Shown: positions 8,864-19,180 of the stretch, piece by piece
How positions within the stretch are numbered: position 1 is the first letter of the stretch
How the letters are laid out: each line of letters opens with the position of its first letter
NCBI GenBank assembly: GCA_964422585.1
Contig: CAYRBH010000004.1
Location: 886 to 64,885 of the forward strand
Source of the DNA: an uncultured Gammaproteobacteria bacterium
GTDB lineage: Bacteria; Patescibacteriota; Patescibacteriia; UBA1558; 2-01-FULL-52-15
DNA: 64,000 nucleotides
Reading direction: 5' to 3'
Position numbers and translations under genes: made by a program
The notes under the pieces: model-generated
What the model was told of the DNA's origin: nothing
The model's database searches: none
What the model saw: only the letters and a program-made list of their open reading frames with translations

Positions 8864-10687
8864 TTATGCTGCAGCCAGCAGCTGCTCGAACTCTTCTTTT
8901 TCTAGGGTTTCTTTCACCAAGAGCGTCTGCGCTATCTTCTCTAGTTTCGCGCGTTGCTCGGTGATAACATGCTCGGCTGTCTTGAAGGCTGTTTTGATCA
9001 AGGCGAGGATGGCATTGTCGATCGCCTCGGCTGTCTTCTCACTATAATCCCTTCGCTCATGAATCTCTCGACCAAGGAATATCATTTCCTCTTTCTCGCC
9101 ATAGGTGCGAGGACCCATCTCTTCGCTCATGCCGAATTGGGTAATGAGCTGCCGCGCGAGAGAAGTCGCTTTCTTGAGGTCGCTTGAGGCGCCAGTGGTA
9201 ACTTCGCCGAAGATTTTCTTCTCGGTCACATGACCGGCGAGCAGCACCGCAAGATCATCGATGAATTCTGACTTTGCGTGATAGCGTTTGTCCTCGCTCG
9301 GTAATTTCAAGGTATACCCGCCAGCACGACCGCGTGAGATAATGGATATCTTGTGCACCGGGTCAGCATTCGGGAGCATATGCGCTACTAAGGCATGTCC
9401 TGCCTCGTGATAGGCGGTGATCTTCTTCTCTTTGTCAGACATGATCGAGCTTCGACGCTCAGGTCCGAGTATGACTTTCTCGATGGCTTCGAGCATATAC
9501 CGCTGGTCAATGGTTTTCTTATTATCTCGGCCGGACATGATCGCGGCCTCATTCAGGACATTCGCGAGATCCGCGCCCGAGAATCCGACAGTGCGCTGCG
9601 CGACCATGGTGAGGTTGATATTTTCAGCGAATGGTTTTCCTTTCGCGTGTATCGCGAGTATCGCCTCACGCTCTTTGATATCAGGAAGGTCGATGGTAAC
9701 TTGCCGGTCGAAGCGGCCAGGTCGCAGTAGAGCTGGGTCGAGGATATCCGGTCTATTGGTTGCGGCTACGACGATGATATTGGTCTGATTATCGAAACCA
9801 TCCATTTCGACGAGGATCTGGTTCAAGGTCTGTTCCCGTTCATCATGACTCCCGCCAAGTCCTGCGCCGCGTTGTCGTCCGACGGCATCGAGCTCATCGA
9901 TGAAGATGATGCAGGGGGATTGCTTCTTCGCTTTACGGAACAGATCGCGTACGCGAGAAGCGCCCACTCCCACGAACATCTCGACGAATTCAGATCCGCT
10001 AATATGGAAGAAAGGGACCGCTGCTTCGCCAGCGATAGCGCGGGCGAGAAGTGTCTTACCAGTGCCAGGAGGTCCTACCAGCAGGACGCCTTTCGGTATC
10101 TTGGCTCCAAGGGATATGAATTTCTGTGGTTTCCGTAAGAATTCGACGATCTCGGAGAGTTCTACTTTCGCTTCTTTCGATCCGGCTACGTCCTTGAAGG
10201 TTACTTTATTCTTGGTCTGCGGCTGGAACTGCTTTGCATTCGCTTGGCCGAACATCATAGCCTTGGAATTAGCACCCTGTATCTGCCGCATCATCATCCA
10301 GATGAAGAATCCGATGATGAGTATCGGCAGGACGATGGGCAGGAGTGTCCAGAGCCAGAAGCTGGTGCTGGTCTCGCTCTTCACTGTGATATTGAGCTTG
10401 GCAAGCTTATCGGGAGCGACACCGAAATTTGAGAGCAGAGTGCTCAGGGATTCGGTCGGTTCTTTGTAGGTACGTTCCGTTGTGCTGTTATCAGTAAGTT
10501 TGACCGTAAGTTTGTCGCCATCAACTTCTATCATCTTCACCTTTTCCTGATTGATCTGATTGACAAGCGTCGCCACATCGACATCCGTGGCAGTCGGTTT
10601 GTCCAGGGTGAAAAGGCTCAGGGCGCTTGCGACCAATAAGAAGACCAGCGTGAAGGTCACTATGTTTTTGAACAGATTGTTTTTCAT
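8864..10687 (-). CDS. ftsH: ATP-dependent zinc metalloprotease FtsH
   Basis: Two TM helices, [33 protein letters not shown]. Confidence 0.98.
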   Translation of the reverse strand: MKNNLFKNIVTFTLVFLLVASALSLFTLDKPTATDVDVATLVNQINQEKVKMIEVDGDKLTVKLTDNSTTERTYKEPTESLSTLLSNFGVAPDKLAKLNITVKSETSTSFWLWTLLPIVLPILIIGFFIWMMMRQIQGANSKAMMFGQANAKQFQPQTKNKVTFKDVAGSKEAKVELSEIVEFLRKPQKFISLGAKIPKGVLLVGPPGTGKTLLARAIAGEAAVPFFHISGSEFVEMFVGVGASRVRDLFRKAKKQSPCIIFIDELDAVGRQRGAGLGGSHDEREQTLNQILVEMDGFDNQTNIIVVAATNRPDILDPALLRPGRFDRQVTIDLPDIKEREAILAIHAKGKPFAENINLTMVAQRTVGFSGADLANVLNEAAIMSGRDNKKTIDQRYMLEAIEKVILGPERRSSIMSDKEKKITAYHEAGHALVAHMLPNADPVHKISIISRGRAGGYTLKLPSEDKRYHAKSEFIDDLAVLLAGHVTEKKIFGEVTTGASSDLKKATSLARQLITQFGMSEEMGPRTYGEKEEMIFLGREIHERRDYSEKTAEAIDNAILALIKTAFKTAEHVITEQRAKLEKIAQTLLVKETLEKEEFEQLLAAA

Positions 10688-10710
10688 AGATGCTTGTTGG
10701 TGAGTAGCAG

Positions 10711-11895
10711 CTACTCTTTTGCTGGAGCGTCAGCCGCAGCTTGTTCGTCGGCTGCTGCTTGTTCCGTTTTCGTACTCGCTTTTTCTTTTGCTTTTTTCAG
10801 AGAGAGGCCGAGGCGGTGGTCATTCGGTTCGATGCTCACTATCTTGAAGGTGTAGCTTTCACCGATCTTTACGACTTCATCAGGACTTTTGATAGTTTTG
10901 GCTGAGAGCTCGGAGATATGCGCGAGTCCATGGATATCTTCATCAAGCTCCACGAAAGCGCCGAATGGATTGGTCTTGAGTATCTTGCCTTTGACGAGGT
11001 CACCGATTTTATATTTTGCGGCAACTTCTTTCCAGGGATCGGTCTTCAGCTTCTTCATCGAGAGCGAGACTTTCGTATCCTGTATCGAGATAATCTCGGC
11101 TTCGACGACATCGCCGACCTTCACGATCTGCTTCGGGTCATCGATACGCTGCCAGGCAAGCTCAGAGATATGGATAAGACCCTCGAGTCCATCGCCGAAC
11201 TCTATAAATGCGCCGAAGTCAACGACGCCCGTGATTTTACCTTTGACCTTGTCGCCAACCTTATACTGCGCGAGAACGGCTTTCTGTTTGACATCCCAGG
11301 CTGCTTTCTCGGAAACGATCAGCTTCTCATCGCGTTCATTGACGTCGATGATCTTAGTTTTCATCGCTTTGTTTACGAAAGTCTTCAAATAAGCCAGGAT
11401 CTTGTTCTTATCGCCGCCTTCGATGCGAGGATAATTTTCGGTCGTGAGCTGTGAAACCGGCAAAAAACCCATGACATTACCGACCTTGACCATGAGGCCA
11501 CCTTTGTTCGCGTCAACGATCTTGCTTTCGACGATGGAACCATCGCGCATCAGCTTCTCGAGATCATCCCAGGCTTTCTGGTGACCAGCTTGGCGGAAGG
11601 AGAGTTCCATTTCGCCGCGTTCATTCTCGAGCTCGACGACGGTAGCGATAGCTTTGTCGCCGACTTTGAGCCCCGCTGAATTATCTGACTCATCTTCTAA
11701 TTCTTTACCACGAACGACGCCGGTCGTGAGACCCGCAATATCAAGATACACTTCGCTCTTCGAAGCGCTGATAACGGTCCCTTCGACCAGATCTCCTGGT
11801 TTTGGGAAATTGAGAGAATCTCCCTTACTTTTCAAGAGTGTGTCCATTTCACGGACTGCCAACTCTTTTTCTTCAGTATGTACTTTCGTTGTCAT
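10711..11895 (-). CDS. rpsA: 30S ribosomal protein S1 (four S1 domains)
   Basis: Repeated S1 motifs (GFLPVSQL, FGAFIEF...EGLIHISEL, FGAFVEL...GLAHISEL); ATG at 11895. Confidence 0.92.
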   Translation of the reverse strand: MTTKVHTEEKELAVREMDTLLKSKGDSLNFPKPGDLVEGTVISASKSEVYLDIAGLTTGVVRGKELEDESDNSAGLKVGDKAIATVVELENERGEMELSFRQAGHQKAWDDLEKLMRDGSIVESKIVDANKGGLMVKVGNVMGFLPVSQLTTENYPRIEGGDKNKILAYLKTFVNKAMKTKIIDVNERDEKLIVSEKAAWDVKQKAVLAQYKVGDKVKGKITGVVDFGAFIEFGDGLEGLIHISELAWQRIDDPKQIVKVGDVVEAEIISIQDTKVSLSMKKLKTDPWKEVAAKYKIGDLVKGKILKTNPFGAFVELDEDIHGLAHISELSAKTIKSPDEVVKIGESYTFKIVSIEPNDHRLGLSLKKAKEKASTKTEQAAADEQAAADAPAKE

Positions 11896-12067
11896 ATATG
11901 TGTGATGCCTCAGATTCTTGTAGTGAGAACCTCGTGGCACCCATTAACCCATAGACCCGCAGGACTATAAGTTCTTATAAGGTCCAGATGACCTGATAAG
12001 ATTGTGTATTAATAAGCTGGCATACTGTACCTTAGTTCCTTACTTTTGGCAAGAGTCATACTCTTTA

Positions 12068-12113
12068 GAAAAAAATGACGCCCCGTGCTGCTCTTTTCGG
12101 GCAGGGGCGTCAT
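12068..12113 (-). terminator. intrinsic terminator of the accessory sigma gene
   Basis: ATGACGCCCC...GGGGCGTCAT stem followed by a T-run on the minus strand. Confidence 0.75.
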
Positions 12114-13204
12114 GGGATGTAGTCGGCGGGACCAAAATCGATATCCCTGGAAGGACCTTCGGTCGCAGTTTGTCGCGACCCTTCTTCGAGTTGTTGTTTG
12201 CGTTCGTATGCAGCCCGGCGCTGTGCGGCTTTTTCAGCGAAGATCCGGTCGACTTCATCTGCTTGCGCGATTCGTCTTTGCGCTTCTTCCTCTTTTTTGA
12301 GCTTTTCCTTCTTGGCGCGTTCTTGAGCCTCGAATGCCTCAAGTCGTCGGCGAAGCTTGCCAAGCGCTACTGCTTCGATCTGTCGGACCCGTTCTCGAGA
12401 GAGATGTACTTGCTCGCCGATTTCTTTCAAGCTCCGTGAGGTTGCGTCACCCAGGCCGAACCGGAGCATTACAATTTTCTGTTCAATCCATGTGAGCTCT
12501 TCACCTAGAAACATGCGTAGCTGATCGTGCGCTTCTGCCCGAATCACGGAATCTAGCGGTGACCTCTCCTGTTCCGCAAGCGAGTCTCCAATGGTTCGGT
12601 CATCATCTGGTCTGATCTGATCCTCGAGTCGGTTGATCATGTAGTCGGCGGGAGTCTCTTCGTAGACGATCCTGACCTTCTCTCTCGTGAGGCCTAGTTT
12701 GCGCCCGAGCTCCTCGTAGGTTGCCTTGCGTCCGAAGGATGCTTGGCGTATCTCGCTCGCGAGGCGGAACACCATGCTTGACCGTTGCCGTTGATGGATC
12801 GGTATGCGGACGATATCCTGTTGTAGATGCAGAGCATTCCGCATACACTTGCGTATCCACCACGTCGCATAGGTGACGAACTTCGTGCCTTTAGCGCTTT
12901 TAACCCGTTTGGATGCCTCCTCAAGACCCATGGCCCCTTCATTGAAGAGGTCTTCGAATGGAAGGCCCTTGCCTCGGAATTCTTTACTAACCGCCACGAC
13001 CATTCTCAGGTTGTGAAGCACAAGCGCATGTTGCGCCGCCGCATCGCCATGCTCCGCGCGCCGCAGGACCTCGACTTCCTCCTCTCTGCTCATAAGAGGA
13101 TACTTATGAACGATTTTCATGATGTGCCCCGACGATGAGCCGGTGTAGTCATGTTCGCGACCGGAGGTTTTGGCACCCCGGTCTTTGTCCCTGGGTTCGC
13201 TCAT
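12110..13204 (-). CDS. accessory sigma70-family RNA polymerase sigma factor (RpoD/RpoS-like regions 1.2-4, no region 1.1)
   Basis: YPLMSREEE, HNLRMVV, DLFNEG, KFVTYATWWIR, VRIPIH, RFGL...SLKEIGEQVHLSRERVRQIE; AGGAGG SD before ATG 13204. Confidence 0.9.
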   Translation of the reverse strand: MSEPRDKDRGAKTSGREHDYTGSSSGHIMKIVHKYPLMSREEEVEVLRRAEHGDAAAQHALVLHNLRMVVAVSKEFRGKGLPFEDLFNEGAMGLEEASKRVKSAKGTKFVTYATWWIRKCMRNALHLQQDIVRIPIHQRQRSSMVFRLASEIRQASFGRKATYEELGRKLGLTREKVRIVYEETPADYMINRLEDQIRPDDDRTIGDSLAEQERSPLDSVIRAEAHDQLRMFLGEELTWIEQKIVMLRFGLGDATSRSLKEIGEQVHLSRERVRQIEAVALGKLRRRLEAFEAQERAKKEKLKKEEEAQRRIAQADEVDRIFAEKAAQRRAAYERKQQLEEGSRQTATEGPSRDIDFGPADYIP

Positions 13205-13436
13205 AGACCTCCTGGTTTGTGTGCCTGCCTGCTTGCAGGCAGGGCTTTCGCCGCTGGTTTTGGAAAGGACAATCTGCCCGCTAACTTCTACTATATTCAT
13301 CTAATTTTAGCAAGTAGTTAGAGCGATGTTTGCCCTGCTGAAAGGTGTTTACTTTGGCTCCGTTTTATGCTAAAGTTAGATAGTTAAAATGGCTTTTTTG
13401 GTGACGATTTTTTATTAGTATTCACTTGAACAGACA

Positions 13437-14033
13437 ATGCAAATCTCATGGTTAGGATATGGCGCGTTCAGGCTTCAGAGTGATGGCACAGTTGTCATCA
13501 TAAACCCGGTCGATCCTGATCTTGGCTTCAAAATAAATAAGCAAGGTGCTGATATCCTGGTGACCACTACTGATGCTGCGACAGCGGCTGAGGCTATCAG
13601 TGGCTCTCCGTTTGTCATCGATGGTCCTGGTGAGTATGAGGTACGATCGGTCTTTACCTATGGCGTGGCTTCTCATAGCTCTACGCTCTATATGATAAAG
13701 ATGGATGATGTCAGTATTGCCTATATTGGACCGGTCAAAATAAAAGAGCTGAGCGATACGGAGCTGGCCGTACTTGAAGGAGCTGATATTCTGATACTAC
13801 CGGTCGGTGGCGGTTTGGGCACAGGACCCAAAGAGGCCGCGGCGATCATCAATCAGATCGAACCAAGGATCGTCATTCCTTCATACTATAAGATATCGGG
13901 CAGCAAGGGGCTCGAAAGCATAGAGTCGTTCTTGAAAGAATATTCAGCTCCCCATGAAACAATGGAGAAACTGAAGGTCAGTAAGAAAGAGCTGTTGTCA
14001 GAAGATACCAAGGTGGTCGTTCTGAAGAATTAA
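13437..14033 (+). CDS. metallo-beta-lactamase-fold protein with a degenerate metal site
   Basis: [35 protein letters not shown]; HxHxDH motif is absent. Confidence 0.8.
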   Translation: MQISWLGYGAFRLQSDGTVVIINPVDPDLGFKINKQGADILVTTTDAATAAEAISGSPFVIDGPGEYEVRSVFTYGVASHSSTLYMIKMDDVSIAYIGPVKIKELSDTELAVLEGADILILPVGGGLGTGPKEAAAIINQIEPRIVIPSYYKISGSKGLESIESFLKEYSAPHETMEKLKVSKKELLSEDTKVVVLKN

Positions 14034-14034
14034 T

Positions 14035-16521
14035 ATGGCTGCAAAAAGTAAAAAAGCGACCGAGTCCACCGAACTTGAGGCCCCACGGCATCAGGTGTCA
14101 GAGCAGTCCATCGTGCAGGAGATGGAGGTTTCGTACTTGGACTATGCGATGAGCGTCATCGTGGCGCGGGCTTTACCTGATGTGCGTGATGGTATGAAGC
14201 CGGTGCATCGTCGTATCCTGTATGCGATGTGGACGCTGGGTTTGCGAGCAGGCGGACGTTTCAGGAAATCAGCGACCGTCGTCGGTGAAGTGCTCGGTAA
14301 GTATCATCCGCATGGCGACTCAGCGGTGTATGATTCTATGGTCCGCATGGCGCAAGATTTCGCGATGCGGTATCCGCTCGTGCATGGGCAGGGCAACTTC
14401 GGCTCGATGGACGGGGATAATGCAGCAGCGATGCGCTACACCGAGGCGAAGCTCTACGGCATCGCTGAAGAATTACTTTTTGATATTGAGAAGAACACCG
14501 TCAATTTTGTCCCGAACTATGATAACTCGCAGAAAGAACCTGAGGTGCTCCCTGCGAAATTACCGAACTTATTGTTGAATGGTGGCGTCGGCATCGCGGT
14601 CGGTATGGCCACCAATATCCCGCCGCATAATTTGAAAGAGCTGGTCGTGGCTATCCTGCACCTGATGAAGCACCCGGACGCATCGGTCGATGACCTGATG
14701 GAATTCGTGAAAGGTCCCGATTTCCCGACGGGCGGCGTCATCTATGATATACGCGAGATCAAGGCCGCCTACTCGACCGGCAAAGGTAAGATAGTGATGC
14801 GGGGTGAGGCTGAGATCACGGAACTGAAGAACGGGCAATTCTCCATTGTCATTAGCTCGGTGCCGTATCAGGTGAACAAAGCTTCGATGATCGAGAAAAT
14901 GGCTGAACTGGTTCGCGATAAGAAGATCGAAGGCATCAAGGATATACGTGACGAGTCCAATAAGGACGGCGTCAGGATAGTCATCGAACTGAAGAAAGAT
15001 ACCTATCCAAAGAAGATCCTAAACAATCTGTATAAGTACACACAGCTGCAAGAATCCTTCCATGTGAATATGCTTGCGTTGGTGGACGGCATACAGCCGC
15101 GTGTCCTCACGCTGAAGAGCGCGCTCGAGGAATATATCAAGTATCGCAAAGAAGTCGTCCGTAAGCGGACACAGTTCGATCTGGATAAAGCAAAAGATAG
15201 GGCGCATATTCTCGAAGGTTTGTGCATTGCCTTGGATAAAATTGATGCGGTCATCAAGGTTATACGCGCTTCGAAGGATAAGGAAGTCGCGAAGACGAAT
15301 CTGATGCAGAAGTTCAAGCTGTCAGAGCGACAGGCTGTCGCTATCCTTGAAATGCGTTTGCAGAATCTGGCCAATCTAGAACGCCTGAAGATCGAGGGTG
15401 AATTGAAAGAGAAGAACGCTCTGATCAAAGAGCTGGAGTCGATACTGAAGAGCGCAGCGAAAATCATGCAGGTCATCGCTGATGACCTGACAGCTATGGG
15501 CGAGAAGTATGGCGATGAGCGCAGGACCAAGGTGGTCAAATCAGCGGTAGGCGAGATGTCGACAGAGGATCTCATCCCGAATGAAGCGACAATCGTGACC
15601 ATCACCCATGATGGCTATATTAAGCGTTTGTCACCAGACACCTTCAAGTCGCAGGGTCGTGGTGGTAAAGGTGTCATAGGTCTCACGACGAAAGAAGAGG
15701 ATGAGGTAGAACATTTCTTCAGCACGAATACGCATAATGATCTGATGTTCTTCACGAGTCGTGGCCGCGTTTTCCAGCTGAAGACCTATGAGATACCGCA
15801 GGCTTCGCGTACCGCTAAAGGTCAGAATATAGTGAACTTCCTGCAACTCGGACCTGAAGAGAAAGTAAGCTCAATCCTGACCGGTGAGGATTTCTCAGCA
15901 TTCAAATTTTTCATCATGGTCACGAGAGCCGGCATTATCAAGAAAGTTGAGATAGATAAATTTTCGAATGTGCGTCGCTCAGGACTTATCGCTTTGAAAC
16001 TCAAAGGAGACGATACGCTCGAATGGGTGAAGATGTCGTCGGGCGATGACGATGTCATGCTGATCTCGCATGATGGACAAGCGATACGCTTCAAAGAGAA
16101 GATGCTGCGGCCTATGGGCAGGAACGCTTCCGGTGTACGGGGTATGCGCCTGCGCAAAGGTGATACGGTAGTCGGTATGGATCTGGTCGCTGATGGTAAA
16201 GCGAAACCTTCTGAACAATTGCTGACCGTTATGGCTAATGGTTTCGGTAAGCGGACGAAGTTGACCGAGTATAAAGTACAGGGCAGGGGAGGTTCAGGCA
16301 TCAAGACAGCTCAGATCACTTCGAAAACTGGCGCTATCAGCTCAGCGATGATCGTTGACGGCAGCAGAGAGAAAGAGGATCTGATCATCATTTCGAAAAT
16401 GGGACAGGTTATACGACTGCCGATCGGCACCGTGAATAGTTCGGGTCGCGCCACACAGGGCGTCAGACTAATGCGCTTCAAGGATCCGAAGGATCAGATC
16501 TCCAATGTGGTGCTGATTTAA
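14035..16521 (+). CDS. gyrA: DNA gyrase subunit A
   Basis: [29 protein letters not shown], GyrA-box QGRGGKG, C-terminal beta-pinwheel repeats. Confidence 0.98.
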   Translation: MAAKSKKATESTELEAPRHQVSEQSIVQEMEVSYLDYAMSVIVARALPDVRDGMKPVHRRILYAMWTLGLRAGGRFRKSATVVGEVLGKYHPHGDSAVYDSMVRMAQDFAMRYPLVHGQGNFGSMDGDNAAAMRYTEAKLYGIAEELLFDIEKNTVNFVPNYDNSQKEPEVLPAKLPNLLLNGGVGIAVGMATNIPPHNLKELVVAILHLMKHPDASVDDLMEFVKGPDFPTGGVIYDIREIKAAYSTGKGKIVMRGEAEITELKNGQFSIVISSVPYQVNKASMIEKMAELVRDKKIEGIKDIRDESNKDGVRIVIELKKDTYPKKILNNLYKYTQLQESFHVNMLALVDGIQPRVLTLKSALEEYIKYRKEVVRKRTQFDLDKAKDRAHILEGLCIALDKIDAVIKVIRASKDKEVAKTNLMQKFKLSERQAVAILEMRLQNLANLERLKIEGELKEKNALIKELESILKSAAKIMQVIADDLTAMGEKYGDERRTKVVKSAVGEMSTEDLIPNEATIVTITHDGYIKRLSPDTFKSQGRGGKGVIGLTTKEEDEVEHFFSTNTHNDLMFFTSRGRVFQLKTYEIPQASRTAKGQNIVNFLQLGPEEKVSSILTGEDFSAFKFFIMVTRAGIIKKVEIDKFSNVRRSGLIALKLKGDDTLEWVKMSSGDDDVMLISHDGQAIRFKEKMLRPMGRNASGVRGMRLRKGDTVVGMDLVADGKAKPSEQLLTVMANGFGKRTKLTEYKVQGRGGSGIKTAQITSKTGAISSAMIVDGSREKEDLIIISKMGQVIRLPIGTVNSSGRATQGVRLMRFKDPKDQISNVVLI

Positions 16522-16551
16522 GAACAGTTCCAGGTGTGCTACACTATGGGT

Positions 16552-16932
16552 ATGAAGTTTCGCGCTGATACTATTCTTGCAGCATTTGTGGTGGCATTGT
16601 TCTCGTCATTCCTGACGGCATTAGCCGTACTGCTGGTCCGGACGCTTGCCGTCTCCACTTTTAAGATCAAGTTCATAGGCGACCTGATCGTCAATATTTA
16701 CATCCTTTTTTTCTTGAGCGCGTTTGTGTTCTTCAAAGGCTCGACCTTGGCAGCATGGCTGGTGTATCGCCATGATGTTGCCTGGGGCTACAAGTTGGAG
16801 ATGAATAAGGTGTGGCCGATCTTCGCTATGTCATTCGGGATGGCAGCAGTCATATTCCTGGCCATTTATCTCTATACGACATCTGAGATCAAATTGCTGG
16901 CATATCTTGATAATGTCAGCCCTCTTTTTTAG
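16552..16932 (+). CDS. membrane protein
   Basis: Three TM helices; TGcTACACT 6 nt before ATG 16552. Confidence 0.65.
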   Translation: MKFRADTILAAFVVALFSSFLTALAVLLVRTLAVSTFKIKFIGDLIVNIYILFFLSAFVFFKGSTLAAWLVYRHDVAWGYKLEMNKVWPIFAMSFGMAAVIFLAIYLYTTSEIKLLAYLDNVSPLF

Positions 16933-16952
16933 GTTTTAACATCAGCTAGTTA

Positions 16953-16981
16953 TTGACACAATCGTTATATTATGTTATTTT
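16953..16981 (+). promoter_or_regulatory. sigma70 promoter of the orphan cassette
   Basis: TTGACA-17 nt-TATTTT with a TG extension. Confidence 0.55.
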
Positions 16982-17044
16982 ATTGTGTCCTGTTTCGCAA
17001 TCCCTTTTCATATCCAACCGGCTCATAAGCCGAGGAGGCCCCCC

Positions 17045-18283
17045 GTGCGAAAGGAATCGTTCATTGCAATAGGAATCGTTTCTGCGCTCTGCGCGAGCGC
17101 AGCGCTGGCTGCGCCGAAGGAAGTGAAGCTTCCGCCGATCCCGGACCATCCTTTGGTCTGTCACATCGGCGCGAATCCGGTCAATCCTGACCGCGGCTAT
17201 GACCCGAAGATCGAGTTCCTCGTCTCTGTTTCCAGCTACACGTTGATCCCGACCATCGACCATGACGGCAAGATCACCTGGTGCAATCTGCAGCCAGGTG
17301 ACACGGTCGTCGCTCGGCTCGAGGACGGTCTGTGGATCAGGGTATACAAGTGCGGCAATGACATGTACGGTCCGCCGCATCATTCCCCGATCCCCGTGCC
17401 GCCGGTAACGCATGAGAGTTCCGGACCAAAACGGGCTTTACTGCAAGTGGTCAAGATCGTCATCAACCATGGCGGCAACAAGACGGACAAGGACGCGCTG
17501 CTCTATGTCGATCGGCTCACTAAGGTCTATTCGGGAGAGATCAACGCGTTCGAGCCGGGTCCGCATGTCGTTTCAGAAGTGATGTGGCCGAACCCGTATG
17601 TCGCCAGGTTCAGCGGCGATTGTGACGCTGATGGAGCAGTGACTCTCGTCGCTGGCGAAACCAAGCGTTGCACGATCACCAACGAGGAGGGTGAACCGCG
17701 AAAGATAAGGGTGCTCACCTCCGTCAAGAAGCTGGAGCAGGTGCGCGGCTTCCTAGGACCGGTCATCGGCCACGAAACCACGCCAGGGACTCCCTTCGTC
17801 GATCGAGAAGGACTTGGTGGTGGTATCATCACTCGGCTCGGGATTTTCCAGACCGACCTCTTGCTTCGGCACAAGCCGAAGCGCAGTGACACCGTCACGA
17901 TACCCGCATGTTGGGAGTCTCAGGCAAAGGGCCTTCCGATGGACTGGCCATGTCTGACGGCGACCTTCAATCGTTCTGGAGAGGATGGCGGCACGGAGCT
18001 GAAAGTACAGTTCGCGTGGCGATATCTCTTCCAGTCCGGTTGGTTCCTGGGACCTACGGTCGGTCTTCACGAAGGAGGCCTTGGCGGCGGCGTGATCACA
18101 CATGCCGGCATCTTCCAGGGCGATCTGCTCAGTACCCACGTGCCGGGCCAGGCAGGCTTTACGCAAAGTGTCGATGTCTGCTGGTACGGCGGCACGCAGT
18201 GTAAGACTTTCACCCATGACTGGGAGGCGACCCCGAGTACACATGAAGTCGCCGTTCAGTTCGCATGGCGCTACGTCTTCTGA
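17045..18283 (+). CDS. secreted protein with a prealbumin/SpaA-like Ig domain and a duplicated C-terminal beta-rich repeat
   Basis: GAGGAGG SD then GTG; signal peptide ending ALA-A; KIVINHGG...FSGDCDADG...CTITN; two repeats each ending QFAWRY(L/V)F. Confidence 0.75.
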   Translation: MRKESFIAIGIVSALCASAALAAPKEVKLPPIPDHPLVCHIGANPVNPDRGYDPKIEFLVSVSSYTLIPTIDHDGKITWCNLQPGDTVVARLEDGLWIRVYKCGNDMYGPPHHSPIPVPPVTHESSGPKRALLQVVKIVINHGGNKTDKDALLYVDRLTKVYSGEINAFEPGPHVVSEVMWPNPYVARFSGDCDADGAVTLVAGETKRCTITNEEGEPRKIRVLTSVKKLEQVRGFLGPVIGHETTPGTPFVDREGLGGGIITRLGIFQTDLLLRHKPKRSDTVTIPACWESQAKGLPMDWPCLTATFNRSGEDGGTELKVQFAWRYLFQSGWFLGPTVGLHEGGLGGGVITHAGIFQGDLLSTHVPGQAGFTQSVDVCWYGGTQCKTFTHDWEATPSTHEVAVQFAWRYVF

Positions 18284-18311
18284 TCCTACATTTCGACAGA
18301 AAGGTGGTTCC

Positions 18312-18644
18312 ATGGAAGCCCTGGAAGACATGACCGACGCCGATTGGCTTCGCCTGACTGGCATCAAGTTCAAACCCATCAGGATCATTGTCGAAGGTGG
18401 TCGAGTCATCGAGATCGAACGTACGGTAGTCGCGCCGAGCGGCTACGAGTACACCTTCAAGATCCGTCGCCCGGCTAAAGAGCCTGACGCGGATGACGGG
18501 TTGGTTCTTCAGCCGCTCGGCGGATTCGTGAATCCAAGTCGTGAGCAGGACCTCAAACTGTTCGCGATTCACCCGCCGAATCTGTTCCAACAGATCGTGG
18601 CTCTGATCGGCGACAAGATCGTCTTGAGCATGGATCTGGAGTAA
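18312..18644 (+). CDS. hypothetical protein
   Basis: AAAGGTGG SD-like site before ATG 18312; GC-rich codon usage like its neighbours. Confidence 0.7.
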   Translation: MEALEDMTDADWLRLTGIKFKPIRIIVEGGRVIEIERTVVAPSGYEYTFKIRRPAKEPDADDGLVLQPLGGFVNPSREQDLKLFAIHPPNLFQQIVALIGDKIVLSMDLE

Positions 18645-18672
18645 CACGGCAGGGAGTGGACTCTGTAGTAGT

Positions 18673-19023
18673 TTGTCGGGGGGATCGAGGATTCTCGTGA
18701 GGGAGTACGTCGATCCTGATTCTGGACTTGAGCGCATCATCACGATGCGTGCAGGGCGCGCAGTAGTGGTAGAAGTTCGCTGTATCTGGGAAGGCAAGCG
18801 CTGGATCACGAAAGTCGAGCGCCTCTCGGACGGCAGTTTCAGGTCTTCGACCGGCACAGCCCTGCGCAGCTGGGGCGAACGGCACGGGAGCCTCGACGAG
18901 GCTCTGGATCAGTTGCCGCTGCATGTGCAGGCGAGCTGGCGGAGCCTCTTCCTCGCAGATCTCCTGACCGAGGATGAGATCCAACGGTTCGGGTTCATTC
19001 AGTACACCATCATCGTCGAGTAG
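18673..19023 (+). CDS. hypothetical protein (start uncertain)
   Basis: Co-oriented with the upstream ORFs and followed by a terminator. Confidence 0.55.
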   Translation: MSGGSRILVREYVDPDSGLERIITMRAGRAVVVEVRCIWEGKRWITKVERLSDGSFRSSTGTALRSWGERHGSLDEALDQLPLHVQASWRSLFLADLLTEDEIQRFGFIQYTIIVE

Positions 19024-19043
19024 GGGGCTCGACAGAAGAACAC

Positions 19044-19090
19044 GGGTCCGCTCTTTGTAACGTAACACGTTGCACTGGGCGGACCCTTTT
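19044..19090 (+). terminator. intrinsic terminator
   Basis: GGGTCCGC...GCGGACCC-TTTT. Confidence 0.6.
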
Positions 19091-19180
19091 CCTTGAGCCT
19101 ATTTTTCTCGCTTTCTTGGCGGAAGGCAGGAGAGTTGCAGTAGCCTTGCCTAAGTCCTGCCGAAAGTGTTAAATACTCAT

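Noticed and set aside
16953-16980. Possible dif site (GTTATA-TTATGTTATTT resembles a spacer plus XerD arm)
   Set aside because: The left arm does not resemble an XerC site, and the sequence is explained as a TTGACA/extended -10 promoter.
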